The position numbers and the translations under genes were made by a program. The notes under the pieces are model-generated. The model was given only the letters and a program-made list of their open reading frames with translations. It did no database searches and had not been told where the DNA came from. A stretch of DNA of 64,000 bases from Azolla caroliniana (Eukaryota; Plantae; Polypodiophyta), in the NCBI GenBank assembly GCA_043228905.1, contig JBHGNT010000013.1:558001-622000 (forward strand), written 5' to 3'. Shown piece after piece: positions 21,130 through 34,936 of the stretch. The number at the start of each line of letters is the position of its first letter. The stretch's first letter is position 1.

Positions 21130-24100
21130 ATGCTGCAGATGTTTGGCTTTCGCAGGAGGCCTCTTTGGAAGGTCGACAATGATCGCGAAGAAGACGATGA
21201 AGAAGAAGAGCAGGAGGAGGAGGAAGAAGAAGAGGAGGAAGGAAAAGATTCTGATTCATCTGTTCCTACTCTTCCTCGTTACGTCTGTTCATCAGAGAAT
21301 CACGCCATGGCATTGAGACTGGTTTATTCCGATGAAAACGGGAAGTTCCACATGGATCCCCAGGCCGTCTCTGCACTCCATCTTCTCAAAGGTCCTCTCG
21401 GAGTCATCTCTGTCTGCGGCCGAGCTCGACAAGGGAAAAGCTTCATCTTGAACCAGGTAACAACTAGCCCGTTCTTTGTCCTCTTCTTTACTTTTCTGTG
21501 TGCCTATGGTTTTCTTTAAGATCACGATCATTTTAAGAATCGCTTCTGATGTACTCAGTTTCCTGAACGTTTCTTCACCATTTCTTCACACCTTACTAGC
21601 TTTCAAAACTCTTTGCATTTTCTTTTGACCTCCCGATCATATACAATTCCGCAGCATCCTTTCAGAATGCCTTCTTGATTGTTACTTCAGGCCTTCTTCT
21701 TCTCTAATCTGCTGACTATTTCTTCCTGATGATCACCTGAAGGTCATGTTCGTGTGCATTTCTTGCTTCTTATTATCAGCATTTCTTCACTGATACTTCA
21801 TGATATCAGCATTTCTTCATCGCCATTATCTCATCGTAGGCATATTTTGCTTTAATATCAGCATTTCTTCACCGCCATTATCTCATTGTAGACATATTTT
21901 GCGTTAATAGCTCAAAGATCTCATTGATTGCTTGTATACTTTTGCTGCCTATCAATTTCTTTAGTAAAATCAAAATGTGCTTGTATCGCCGATAATCTAT
22001 TTGTCCCTACTATATTTGTTAACTCATGCAGACCATAATGAAATTCATCAACTAACAGTCCATCACAATCTTATGAAGGCTGGAAGATACCACCATTTTG
22101 ACTTTCTTATCCCCACATCACCACATTTTGACTTTCTTGACTGTCTTCTGCTCACACATGTTCATCCTGGATTGCTCCCTAAAGTTTTTTTTGTTGTTGT
22201 ATAATATTACCTCTTGCAATCGCTGTGCCCATTATTGTAGAAAAAGTCTTTCATTGGAACCATTTTTTCATGCATGGTAGGAGAATTCTTTCTTTTGAAC
22301 CAGATTGACATGTAAAACATGAAGGTCACTAGCATTTAAATCTATAATCGATGTGCGCTTAAGCTGCATGTTTCTACCTCTGGATGTTGTACACACTTGC
22401 CTGCAGTTCTCATAATTTAGTGGCCTTTCTATATTTAGTGTTTAGTAGATTTTCAATTTCTTGTTTGAATGAGCCACCTACCATCGGTTAAGCTTAGTAT
22501 ATTCACACCATCAATCTTATTTTTCACAGAAAGAAAATAGCTATCTTCTCTTCATTTCATTGCATTAGAAATTGGTGTGTGAATAGCTCCTAGGAAGGAG
22601 CAGTGGATTTCAAGTGTCTTCAACTCATCGACCTTGTACGAAAGGCCTGTGGATGTGGAGTATACCACTGAAAAGGGTAGCTGATGATGGGACAGAGTAC
22701 AGTCTATTGCTTCTGGATACTGAAGGCATTGATGCATATGACCAAACAGTATGTTTTTTATTTCTACTTTATCAGAGAATGTATTGGGTGGATTGATCTG
22801 AGACCTTTGCTTATCTTTACCAGGGAACATACAGCACTCAAATATTTTCTCTTGCGGTGCTTCTATCAAGCATGTTTGTCTATAACCAGGTTTGCATCAA
22901 CATATAAAAGGCCCTGGCATGTTGCAAATGTCTCTGATATTGATAAGTATTTATTGTTGCTGTAATGTACGTTTTTTGTGATGAAGTCATAATTTTAGTC
23001 ATGTTTAATCCATTCTCGTGTTTATCATTAGATGGGAGGAATCGATGAAGTTGCACTTGATCGGTTGTCGCTAGTAACTGAGATTGCAAAACATATTCGA
23101 GTTAAAGCTTCAGAATATCAACCATCGAATGCTGAGCTTGGACAATATTCTCCGTTTTTTCTGTGGCTTTTACGAGTAATTCACCATTTCTGTTTTATAA
23201 GACTTGCCTGGTATAGTCTGAATTTCTTAGATTTGAGAGTTAAGCAAACATAACATTACGTTTGAGAATGCTTGTTCTCCAGGACTTTTATCTGGAGTTA
23301 TGTGACGGTGATCGAAGAATGACTCCGCGGGATTACCTTGAATCAGCATTGCAACATGTGACTGGACACGGGAAGGCTGTTGCAGCAAAAAATGAGGTTT
23401 TTGGCTGTTCTTTTCCATCTTTGTATGCCCAGCCTTTATATGGATAATCCATTTGCGAACGATGTAAACTGTGCCCTTGTGTAATGTTTAGGGAACATTT
23501 TTTTATTAATGTAATTTCTACTTAGATTCTATGAATAGGTGGCATTGTTCTTAATTTATCTTGTTTTTCCTTTCTTTTCTGTCAGATACGTGATTCAATC
23601 CGTGCTTTGTTTCCTGATCGTGATTGTTTCACATTGGTTAGGCCTCTCAATGAGGAACGTGATTTGCAGCAGCTGGATAAAATTCCTGTAAAGTGAATAT
23701 CCTCCTGCTTATTTTGTGCTTAAACATTCTATTGAGTATGTTTGTGTATACGATTCATTCAACACTGCATTGTATAACCTCTCAGTATTAATGAATTTGT
23801 AAAACAGCTGGAAAAGATGAGAGTTGAGTTCCAAAATGGCCTGGATGTACTCTCAAGATTTATTCTTGAGAGAACAAAACCAAAGCAGATGGGATCAACA
23901 GTGATGACAGGACCTCTACTGGCAGGCCTTACCCAATCGTTTCTGGATGCTTTGAATGCTGGGGCAGTGCCGACAATCTGTACATCATGGCAGGTAGCTC
24001 TCTATGGGATGATTAATCAAGGTGTTATCGCATAGGCTTGGCACATAGGATGACTACTTATGGGGATGCTATCTTATGTTCTTTCTAGCTTTTTATATCC

Positions 24101-25974
24101 ATCTTTTCATTAGGTAGAATGGTTATGAAATTGTCTTCTCAGGCTGTTGTAGTATAAAGAACGGACAGGATCTGGTGGGTATGTAGACTTGTGTAAACAT
24201 GACAATGTGATATAAACCAAGTTTAGATGTAAGTCTTATTAGAAATATTGAGAATCAATTAGATAGCCATATAGAGCTACAATCACAGAGATGTATATCT
24301 GAAAACAAACTTTCTATTACATATGAGAGTAGCTCACAATGACAGTCCATCCATGCGCTCACTAGAGCTTAGATGGGATTTGGACTAGTCGATTACAAAA
24401 TTAGTGGGGATAGATAATAGTCATAGCCACTGTGTAAGAGATAGAGAGAGGATTATATTCTCTGTTTGGTCTCAATGTCACATTAAATTTGCAAGTCAGT
24501 TGTAGTAGTGGTGATACTCCTTTTCTATCAACTGACTTGTCATTTAATATGACCCAGCCCTAGTACTCATCTTAAAGTCAATGGCACATACTTCAAGACT
24601 AAGTACATCTTAACTTGCCCATAAAATATTCTAGTCGACTTGACTAATTGATCTTATTACCATACTTCTCTCTTTCCTAAATACATTCTATCCTACTCAT
24701 CTATTGTTTCCTACATTGACACCTTATCAACCCATGGTTGGGTTGCACAAAAGCTACTCCTCATTTGGATGCTATCACAAAATGTGCACTCTAAGAATAC
24801 ATGTGGGGATAAATTGACATCTTGGGGTTAGATCATTTATATCTAACAAGCCTGTCGAAAGGAAGGGAAATTTCAAAGAATAGAAATAGAGTATGCAAGA
24901 ATTTTGCTTTCTGGAGCTTTGTCAGATGGATAGGATCATTCGGTCAGTTTCTGTCTCTGGCACCAGAGAAGCTCTTAAATCTGTGGTTTGACAGCGACAT
25001 ATCTTAGTCCCCATAAATTTAAGTCATGTTCCACTCTGTTCTGAATAGACAGTACTTGCATTGATCCTAGAACAGTGAACCAACCCCACTTGCACTATAG
25101 GCAGGATCATATAAAATGGATAGTCTTAATCTCGTGATTATACCAAATTTCTAAATAATCCCATAATATTTATATATATGGAGATGGGGTTTCCACATGA
25201 ATTCAATGGAGGATAGTTCGTACAAATTCATGCATATTGTTACTTGGATGAGTCCTGATACAATCTAGTTGAGAACTGCATGAGCTTTGCATATCCACCG
25301 ATTGGTCTATTGCAAATGCTATGAAAGCAAACCTTAAACCAGGCTTTTAAAAATGATCCCTTCTGAATTCATCTGTGGATTGGATTTTCCACATTTGCCT
25401 GAATGTAGAAAGTCAACATAGAATACATACCCATGCCTACATATTCTGTGGGAAATGCTTCAAAACAGAAGTTGCAAAAGTATTCATATTGATGAATCAC
25501 CCAGAATATTTTGGCAATGAAGACGCCTTTTCCATGTCCATATGGATGTGAAATTCAACCTCGAATAGCCAGAAGAAACACATCCCCAACATAGTTCCTA
25601 ATATTCGCGTACGTCCAATTTACTGGACGTATGCGAACGTTTGCAAACGTACGCGTATGATACGCGATATTCGTTTGGCTTTTCTTTTTTTTTTTTGACT
25701 TTTTTTTGGTTTTTTTAATTTTTGATATTCATAATATTTTGTGAATAGAAGTGACATCTGACACACATACACACTCTCTCTCTCTCTCTCACACGAGAAC
25801 TGACAGATTTTCTCTCTCTACAAAATCTAGATATCTAATATACATATTACATACTCCCTCACACAGACAAAACCCATAGCTCCTCTCTCTCTCTCTCTCT
25901 AGAGTCTAGATATACACTCAATCACTGTCTCCTCACACATGCAAAACAGGGCTTCTCTCTCTAGACCACACACG

Positions 25975-26009
<35 letters not shown>

Positions 26010-28955
26010 TATGTACACCATATACACCATATGTATATATAATATATCTATGTACCGCGTATGGATTTCAATCATACTTGGAGCCTTTTCACGTATGAGT
26101 ATGATACGAATATTGGCGTTTGAGTATGACACGAATGGGACGTATGGCTAGAACTATGATCCCCAATAATCTTAAACCATCTGGAACAGGATTTCTAGTT
26201 CTGATGGAAAGGGGCACATTTCATGCGTCTTCTGATCTCCATATTCTAAATAATTTGCATATGCTAAATTTGCATCTAATAATCATTCTTATCTAGATGC
26301 AAATGCATTTATGATTTTGATTCATGAGTGTCAGATAATTTGTCAGTACCTCTATGTTGAAGATTATGACTTTATTTCTTTTCCTTAGAATGTCACCATG
26401 GTATGATCATATTTCGCTTGGCACTTGGATTATATTTTACTCTCTTTCCCACATTTTTTTATTGTTTGATTTCTAGAACGTTGAAGAACAGGAATGTCAA
26501 CATGCTCGTGTCACTGCAAGTAAAGCATATGCAAAATTGTTGGACAAGCCCTCTGTTGGTGATGTGGTTGGTCCTCTATTTCATTGAGTGTGTTTGTATG
26601 CTAAGATCTAATTTTATATGGATAACACATGATTCAAATGGCTGATATATGCATCAGTTAATGTTCTACTCACATTCTTTATGTGCAGAATAAAATTCAA
26701 GAACTTTATGAAATGGCTCTGCATGGTGCATTAGATGTGTATGATAAAGAAGCTGTTGGTTTAGGGGGTGCCAGACACAAGCATCGAAAGTTGCTCATTA
26801 CAGACTTGAGAAAGAAATTTGATGTACATGAACCATAAAATCTTCAGAGTTAGTGCTGACATATTATATAATCAACGCGTATGACTTATTGTAGACAATT
26901 CTATGGTTTAGGATCTCAAACACAAACTGGTTATAGAGGCAGAACTGGCATGTGTAAATGCATTACAAGTTGCGGATCAGAAGTTGCATACAATGCTTCA
27001 ATCTCCGTCAGCAACTCTAAATGATTTATTCCAAGTAAGTTACCACTCTGACCAATTTCATTGAGTGGCTCGGAAGGAGTATAACTTGTAAGCATGTTTG
27101 GAGGTATAAAGCAGGCTTCAAATTTTCTTTTAATTTAGGATAAGCCTCTTTTAGTCAGTATTGCTCTGGTTTCTGTTTGTATATGGATGACATGTATTCA
27201 CCTATATTTCTAATCATGATTAGTCTCATATGTTGGTTTTGACCTTTAGTAGCTGTTTATATATCTTCCTTTCTTTCTGTCATGCAATAGTACAGCCTGA
27301 TTATCATAACAGATTTATTTCTATAATATCAGTATATAAAGTTGCTGATTTTAATGGCTTCTGTTGTCATGCCATTTGCTCATTTGGGAAACTCACAACA
27401 CATGTTTACATATTGTGATGATAGGCTTTTCATGAGCTGCTTTCACAGTACAAACAAACCACGCATGGTCCTACAAAATGGAAAGTGCTGGCAACATATA
27501 TGCAACGAAGGTTGGCGTTTAAACTGGTGATTCATTGCACTTATTTGTCAATTTGTTTCTAGTATTTCCACGTTTTTACATCTTGTGTTGTAAGAGTTTT
27601 TGTTGGCTCTATTTAACAGCTTTGAGGGTCCAATTCTGGATTTTATTGTAAAATCCAACAAGCAGATGTCTGTGGATAATGCAGATTTGCAGCTGAAATA
27701 TGAGTCTCTAGAGGATAGGTTGGTGCTTCTTGGAAAGCAATTAACCGCATCTCAGAAAGAAGGTCAAGATTGGAAGAGGAGGTTTGAGTTGTTAGGGTCG
27801 GAATATGAATCCTTGGAAGAAAAATCGTCATCGCTTTCTTACCAACTAGAAGGCTCAAAGAAAGAAGCTGCAGACTGGCAGAGTAAATGTAGGAAAGCTG
27901 AAAGGGAAGCGAAACATGCATCAGAGGTTGCAGACAGAGCTTGTGAAAGTGCAGCGAAAGTAGAGAAAGAGAAATTAGAGCTCGAGAGAGTTTCTGCTGA
28001 AAAGCTTGCTTCCATCCAGAGGCCGAAGGAGCACATTGAAGAGCTGGGAAAGGAAAAGGGAATGACTTCATGTCATTCGGATACATTGAGGTCTTGTGAG
28101 AAAGAGGTAGTGGTGAAGTCCTCATTATATGAAATGAGGCTAGAAGGGAGGCAAACAGAGATAAATGAGCATTTTGGGTCAGTTCATGAGCAGAAAACAA
28201 GTCCACTTGAGGTGCTGAAAACCCTCTTAGATAAAGAGAGGCAATCATGTGCAAAAGCAAATAGCCATGCGGAGGCTTTGTCAGTGGAATTAACGAGTAT
28301 GGAAAGTAAACTTGTCATGCTGGAGAAGGAATTGGCATCAGTGAAACAAAATGAGAGAATCCTTGAGGCAAAACTGAAAGATGTGCTATGGGAAAATGCT
28401 ATTACAGACCTTCCAAACAATAAGAGATATCGTGGAGATGTGGACCAGGAAAGAGCATTTCATGATTATACTCATAAGGCATATTATCCCGATGGCAAGC
28501 TTTTCACACATGTGGATCATACTCACAAGGCATATCCTGATAAGGTATATCCTGGTCATACTCATAAACCATGTCCAGATCATAATCAGTTGAATCCTGA
28601 TCACATTCATACCGCATGTCCTAATCTTAATGAGATGAATCCTTATCATACTCATGACACATGTCTTAATCATACTCGGATGAATCCTGATCAAACTCAT
28701 AAGGCATTTCCACATCATACGCAGATGAGTTGTGATCAAATGTGTAAGGCAGATCCTGATGAGGAGCTTTTTACTGTACACGATCATACTCATAAGATAC
28801 ACCGTGATGAATTGCAGGAGCACCTGAAGTACACCATTGCCAAATTGAAGCAGGAATTGACCGCAGCAGGCTATGTACAAGAGCTTTTGCAGTTGAGAAA
28901 CCCTTCAAAGAAAGACATACTCGATTTATATGAGAAGCTTATCCTGAAGAAATAG
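21130..28955 (+). CDS. Guanylate-binding protein-like GTPase (GBPL3-type), 12 exons, ~956 aa
   Basis: Exons 21130-21456, 22587-22748, 22824-22889, 23032-23175, 23283-23396, 23586-23687, 23808-23993, 26477-26566, 26689-26823, 26912-27034, 27425-27510, 27620-28955, all GT-AG and in frame (the exon 8 donor could be 3 nt earlier). Motifs: P-loop GRARQGKS, PCTKGLW, DTEG, LWLLRDF, coiled coil, C-terminal TIAKLKQELT...KKDILDLYEK. Confidence 0.93.
25590..26158. mobile_element. hAT-type MITE in GBP intron 7 (569 bp)
   Basis: Termini CATAGTTC...GAACTATG, perfect 8-bp TSD ATCCCCAA (25582-25589 and 26159-26166), CGTA/ACGT-rich subterminal repeats. Confidence 0.92.
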
Positions 28956-30230
28956 CCAGAGCGCTTATATTCATGCCTATGCTGCCTAAAAATGATGTTT
29001 GGCTTTAACTCATACGGGATATGTACTTTTCCATAACATGTTGTGGGTCCAGCCTAGGCTTAAATTCTGTGGGCAGCAAGATAAATCCTAGTAAAAGGGA
29101 ACAACTAAAGAGACATTCATCATTTCTACCAAGAAGCTCAAACCTTAGGATGTAGGGATTTCTCAGTTTTGTTTTTCCTGAATATCTGTCTAATATCTGA
29201 CATGCTGCAATGCTCATTGTATGAGGTGAGTATTGCTTGGCCATTGCACATCATACTGTAGAAGTTCTAACTGCTTATTCATATGCGGAGACTAGGTACC
29301 TTCACATAATTTGTGAGTGATTGCTACTTCATACCATATCTATCCCTATATTCAGTTGCTTGATTCTGTGCAGAAACAAAACCATGGTAGCAACTTTTCC
29401 TTATTGGACCACTTGAAAATCCAACAGATCTTGAACTCTTTCAGTAACTATGGGCTTCAAATCTGGTGAATTGTGAGGGACATGAATCGCTCACTATGAA
29501 GTAATGTATATTACCTTATAATTGCTAAACACTATACCTTCCATTGCAAATGCAAATGGATGAACCCTCGCAAAATGTTTGTCTGAACAATAATGAAAAC
29601 AATTTGAAAGCCTGTCTAGTGGAAGCTAATTTCTTATGATTGGCTGGCTAAGTGATAGCTGAATGCATTTTGATTTTCAGTTGATTTATAGAAACCTATT
29701 ACTTGTGTTTTTAAATGAGTTGTTTTCATTTAATAGTGTCTGATAAGAGGCGTCATCATGTGAATCCATTTGATCAATCATTCTTGAACGAAAGACATGT
29801 TGATTACACTTACATTGTCAATCCTTGGGTCTCATTTTGGAGAAATGCAAGCTGCAATAGCCCCACATCATTTGAATTGAATGCTAATGTGTTGACAAGG
29901 GGCTGCGTGTATGGTGACTTGTAATGGGAGAAGCTAAAGGAAACTTTTGACATCCTAGGGATAAATTGTGCTTGTATTCCATGTTTGGTTCACATAGTTT
30001 CTCTCAAGGGGTAAGTGCAGCATGCAGTGCACTTTGTACTGATGGGTGAAGGTCAATCAATATGTATGGAATACTGTTTTTTGCTTTATAACCTTTCTAT
30101 GATTTTGCTCCAGGTTTTATGTGATTCTCTTGAATTTGATAATTTAATGCATATCAATCGTGACCATTTGGCATTTCAGAGTATAAGACCCCAGTGCCGA
30201 AAATGCATTAACTCTCCCTAAATAAGAGCC

Positions 30231-30301
30231 GGAGGTGATCTAGTTACACCTTCCGGTATGACTACTTTGTTACGACTTCACTCCAGTCACAAGCCTTGCC
30301 T
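30231..30301 (-). pseudogene. rrn16: Plastid 16S rRNA 3'-end fragment (NUPT)
   Basis: GGAGGTGATCtAGttaCACCTTCCgGTAtGaCTACtTTGTTACGACTTCACTCCAGTCAC is a degenerate reverse complement of the 16S 3' end (anti-SD and 1492R site). Confidence 0.88.
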
Positions 30302-30304
30302 CTA

Positions 30305-30430
30305 GGGAATGTTTTGCAATGGGTGAAAATTTGAGGGAGCAACGACGTGTGGTGGTAGAAGACCCATGGGCTGTAAACTCCTTTCCTCATAGAAGAAGCA
30401 ATGACAATATCTGAGGATTAGTAATCGGCT
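30305..30430 (+). pseudogene. rrn16: Plastid 16S rRNA V3-region fragment (NUPT)
   Basis: GGGAAT...GCAATGGGtGAAA...GGAGCAA...GGTAGAAG...GTAAACTCCTTT...AGAAGAAGCAATGAC...TATCTGAGGA...ATCGGCT matches the short plastid/cyanobacterial-type V3 helix. Confidence 0.85.
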
Positions 30431-30792
30431 GACTAACTTGAGTGATGTTAAATTTACTTCAATGCTTCAATGTTTGTGCGTGTGAACCCAAAGTTCAAAA
30501 TATAATGGTTGATAGTTTCTGTATGCATAAAAGCTTTTTTTTTACTTGGAAGGCCAACATCGATTACATGTACAATCATCCATAGAACACATGGAAAATC
30601 ATCATTAGGAGTCTTGTATTTTATTTATAATTGATTTGTAGAAGAAATGACTTTCCCATCATTATTAATAAAAGTTCTTTCCTAACAAAACTAGACACTT
30701 CCTAAGAAGATTATGACCTTTGTATCAATACCTACTTTTGAGAATATTTATATACAAAAAAAGGACTGAGATATAAAGTTTCTTATGATGTG

Positions 30793-31386
30793 ACCCTTGT
30801 GCAACGATTATGACACCCGCAAGTCGAGAAATGGTCCAAAATTTTTGACCCATCGAATATGGTGGGGGGTTGGCCGCCTATTGTAATTATGCCAGGTGCA
30901 ACGCACAATCAAGTAGGGAAATGTATGTTGGTTATCATGGCAGGCCCGAGTTGACAGGTATGAACACCAGGAGGAGGGGATGACTTTGGTAATAAAAGCA
31001 TAAGAGGTTTTTTTCCCGACCATCGACAATATCCACTCAACTCCTTTTTCCCGACCATCGACAATAACTCTTTGGATTCTATAGAAACAATTGTGTAAAA
31101 AGGCCTTCTCTAACCAAACCGCGCGTCCGGTAATGTTAATGCAAGAGATATGGAGTGAAGTTGTAGCCACTCTAAAGAGCCAATATGATGGCTTCAATGG
31201 CGAATCTAATGGAGTTGAAAGACGACGACTAGCCTTCATTCAACAATGGTCCTCCTCTCCCTTTCTTGAGTCAATGGGCATCAACATAAGATGGAACTAT
31301 CACGTCCCTACTGGGATTTGTATATAACACTCTCATTTGTAAAATTTTATAATTAACGAAGGAGTATTTTTTTTGGAAAAAATATA
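30793..31386 (+). mobile_element. 5'-truncated LINE (ORF2 C-terminal remnant)
   Basis: Perfect 14-bp direct repeat TTTCTTATGATGTG at 30779-30792 and 31387-31400. Trp-rich degenerate coding (ITLWIL*KQLCKKAF...IWSEVV...QQW...RWNY) and an A-rich 3' end. Confidence 0.7.
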
Positions 31387-34300
31387 TTTCTTATGATGTG
31401 GAGTGATAGTGGTCTCCATTCATTCTAGATTAAAGTCTTAACATTTTTAACTATGAACTCCATCAAGTTCTCAATTTATCTTTGTCTTGTTCTTTATTGG
31501 GTGCTAATTAATATCCAATCTTTCATTTTGCAAACCCACGGGCCACAATCATTGCTCATTGCGGTAGATTGTGATGTGAACCACAACCATACTAAAAATT
31601 GTTCACGCGAGTGAGGCACGTTTCAAGGACCATATGGAAAAACTTCTTGAACACATTAATAATACCTTTGAAGCAAATAATGCCATTTTTTATCACCTAA
31701 CATAACAATAAGAATGTAACGAAAAAGATGATGGTGGACTTTTAAAATGTTGCGTATATTTTGTGAAATGTGACATGATCACACATCGATACATGTACTT
31801 TGTGCCTAGCCCCACCATGCTAAGGCATAATGCATGCTTTTTTGCAATACTATCAAGCACCTCACCCAAGGTTGAAGCATCCTTTGTCTGTGATTAGATT
31901 GTGAAACTATAATGTAGAATACATTTATTTTCTGAACTATTTAGACACGATTCATGATTAACGTCAAACTCCAAAAATAGTTGAGAAAATTTGTCATCCT
32001 TGATATGGTGTCGTGTTAGTTGGAAAAGCATACATTATTGAAACACATTAAATCAGTAGGGACGAAAGACATTGTCAAGACATTAAGAAACATAAATGAA
32101 GAATACACACTTCAAACACACGATAAAGATCACCCCCCATAAAACACATTAAGAAACCAAAACAAAATGCAAGACAACAATGCTAGATACAACATTTTGA
32201 AACATTATTTTGAATATACAAGAGAAAGAAACTTACAAGAAAAATGACCATGTATGGTGATCTTGATCGTTATATGAGTGCATCTAAGGCCATTATCTTC
32301 AATGAATTTCTATTCATTATCACAGCATTGCTTACATGTTCAGATAATTGATTTGCATAATATGAGCTTCATCACCATAATCATTTTGGTTCTAGATTTT
32401 CTGGAACTATATCGATGATTTCTATGATATGATCTTATCACTCTATTAATTCTATTTTGGGATGATTTATATTTGTTGGATATTCAACATTAATGCAGAA
32501 ACAATTTACCATGTTTTTAAGCAATTTAATTTACGTTGTTTTTGAAAGAACTCGACCTTCGATTTTAATAGCTTTATTGCAAGACAATAGTGTTTTAGTT
32601 TTTCCCAAAGGGCTTGGGGTAATATTTTGATACTACGAGAGGTACTCATGTAATAGGAGGTGTTTATTTTATCCCCAACATGTTGACAAAACCACCTCAT
32701 ATTTGTTGCACATATTCGATGACATATGATCATTAAACATGTATATGACTTTTAACATATGGTTTTTGACGTGCAATAGTGAGGGAGAGAGAAAGAGAAA
32801 TATTATATGCTCTGTGTCTACCTTCAATGGATATTCATATTATGGGTCCTATGCCAGAGCATTGCACCTGGCATTGCTTTTGGTAGAATAGTTATTAGGG
32901 CAATCCAAGTAAGAAGCATTGGGATGCAAATTTGCAATAAACACTATAAAAACAAGTACTTGGCTCACCTTCTCATTCGCCCACAAAACCCTCAAAATCC
33001 CATCTTGTTTGGGGCATCTTAAATGAGCTCATATAAAGCATACTTGATTTTTATGAGAATTGTGACGACATGAGATGGAATAGGGGTGGACATAAAAATA
33101 AGATCGCAAAGAACATTAAAAAAAGAAAGAAGCTTGAAGAGTGTGGTTGAAGCAAGAGATGGAGATAGTACACACACAAAATGGTCCTTGCCTCATGCTA
33201 TATTCGACATGAGGTACCATGACTTTTCCATGAGGTACCTATTCAACCATATGTAAGTCACACATTATCACTTTTCTTTCACGGGCGCTTTCGTAACTAG
33301 GCATCACATAAACATCATTCAAACATCTTTATAAGTACATAAGTGTATAAGTATATAGGTATATGTGTATCAGTATATAAGTGTATAAGTGTAAGTATAT
33401 GTAATGTATACACATGCATATACTTATACTTATACACATACATATATACTTATAAAGACGTTTTGAGTGGTATTTATACATATACATATACATATAGTTT
33501 CAACAATAGAAGATTAACCATGACCATTAGCATGACAGAACAAAGCTAACCTATATACCATCTGCAAGTATGACAAACAGGGTAACCTACCACATTAGCA
33601 AACATGATTTACACCTCAACCTGAATCAGGCATTGGCAGAAAGACAACATACATTGCAAAAATGCATTGAGAACTGCAATAATAATCCTTACTACATACC
33701 ATCATCAGTTAATAGTTCATTTATGCTCTGAGGTTGGGTTTATTCACTTATATAAAACATAGCATTATGCACATAATGTAGCTTCAAAATATGTATACAT
33801 ATGCATTGGATGTTCTTCCAATATCACAACTTACAAGTCAACAAATGAACTCCAGCTTTTAGGACCTGAAAAACAATCTCCGATCACAACGATAAATATA
33901 AACTTAATACATAATCATCAATTCATAACAGATTTACACACATAAACATGGGCTCAGCCCATAACCTTAAAAACAGAAATTTAAATAGTATCATGGTTTC
34001 TCCTAGAGTAAGCAATATCACTAGAGAAAAGCCCCAAATTATCACACCAATGGAGTAAAATAAAGAAATAAACCATCACAGAAAACCCTAAAGGTCTTCC
34101 ATGTGATGGATCTAGAGTGGAGAAGGTATGGATGAGAGTCATGATCATGATCATCATCATACAGATGAGACCCACCATTGTCATAGATAAGAAACATCAG
34201 TGAGATTGAAAAGACCCATTTTTTCTCCATAGATCAGACCCATCATGATGATGAGATATATAGATAGATAGATAGATAGGATGAATCACCATGATCGACA

Positions 34301-34498
34301 AAACCCTTCACCATAAAATAGGTATGACATATAATGCCCATCATCAAGATAAATACGAGCCATCAAATCTTAGTAAGGACCCATCATCATCATCATCATC
34401 ACCACCACCATCATGATAAGATGGCAAGGCCATAGCCTTACCTTATAGCTTTCCATGACAAGAGATTGTTGGAAAAAGCAACAAAAGTCACAAAAAAG

Positions 34499-34936
34499 CT
34501 AGGTAGCATGCCTGCTATCATAATCCACGACCTCCGATTCGGTCACCGACCTCGAGTGCTGAACAATAGATCTACCAATAGAGTTAATCCACTCCTCTTT
34601 CTCCTTATCCGAATCGGCAATAAAATACATGGTCTCTCTACCCATGCTAAGCTCAAAGGAAAATGGTCGATTGAGAACATCTTCAGCACCTTTCACAGTG
34701 AGGCATGAGGCGACAGGGATGATGCCTCGCGGTATCGAGGATCTAGAAACGATGCTTTCTTTGAACCAGAAGAGCTTCCCTCTCTTCAAGATGAACCACC
34801 GGCGGCGCCACGTCTTCATGTACTCTCCTTGTTTCATAAGCCATCCTGTCCTTTCCGGATTGCTCCAGAAATCGATCTGAGGCTCCATGCTGTGCTGCTC
34901 AGGCTTTCCTTTGATCAGGCTTAGCAGAGAGTCCAT
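34499..34936 (-). CDS. PH1: Pleckstrin homology domain-containing protein 1-like, intronless, 145 aa
   Basis: FWSNPERTGWLMKQGEYMKTWRRRWFILKRGKLFWFK...CLTVKGAEDVLNRPFSFELS...IADSDKEKEEWINSIGRSIVQHSRSVT closely matches plant PH1. First ATG at 34936. Confidence 0.93.
   Translation of the reverse strand: MDSLLSLIKGKPEQHSMEPQIDFWSNPERTGWLMKQGEYMKTWRRRWFILKRGKLFWFKESIVSRSSIPRGIIPVASCLTVKGAEDVLNRPFSFELSMGRETMYFIADSDKEKEEWINSIGRSIVQHSRSVTESEVVDYDSRHAT

Noticed and set aside
24190-24725. Possible solo LTR in GBP intron 7
   Set aside because: LTR-like composition, but I could not identify convincing termini plus a TSD.
27643-28880. Long antisense ORFs over GBP exon 12 and its paralogue
   Set aside because: Shadow frames of repetitive coding sequence. 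Their similarity between copies is explained by the duplication.
30231-30430. Functional rRNA gene or bacterial contamination
   Set aside because: Short, diverged, rearranged fragments embedded in plant intergenic DNA.
31450-33300. Possible decayed DNA-transposon coding sequence
   Set aside because: No motif I can identify with confidence.
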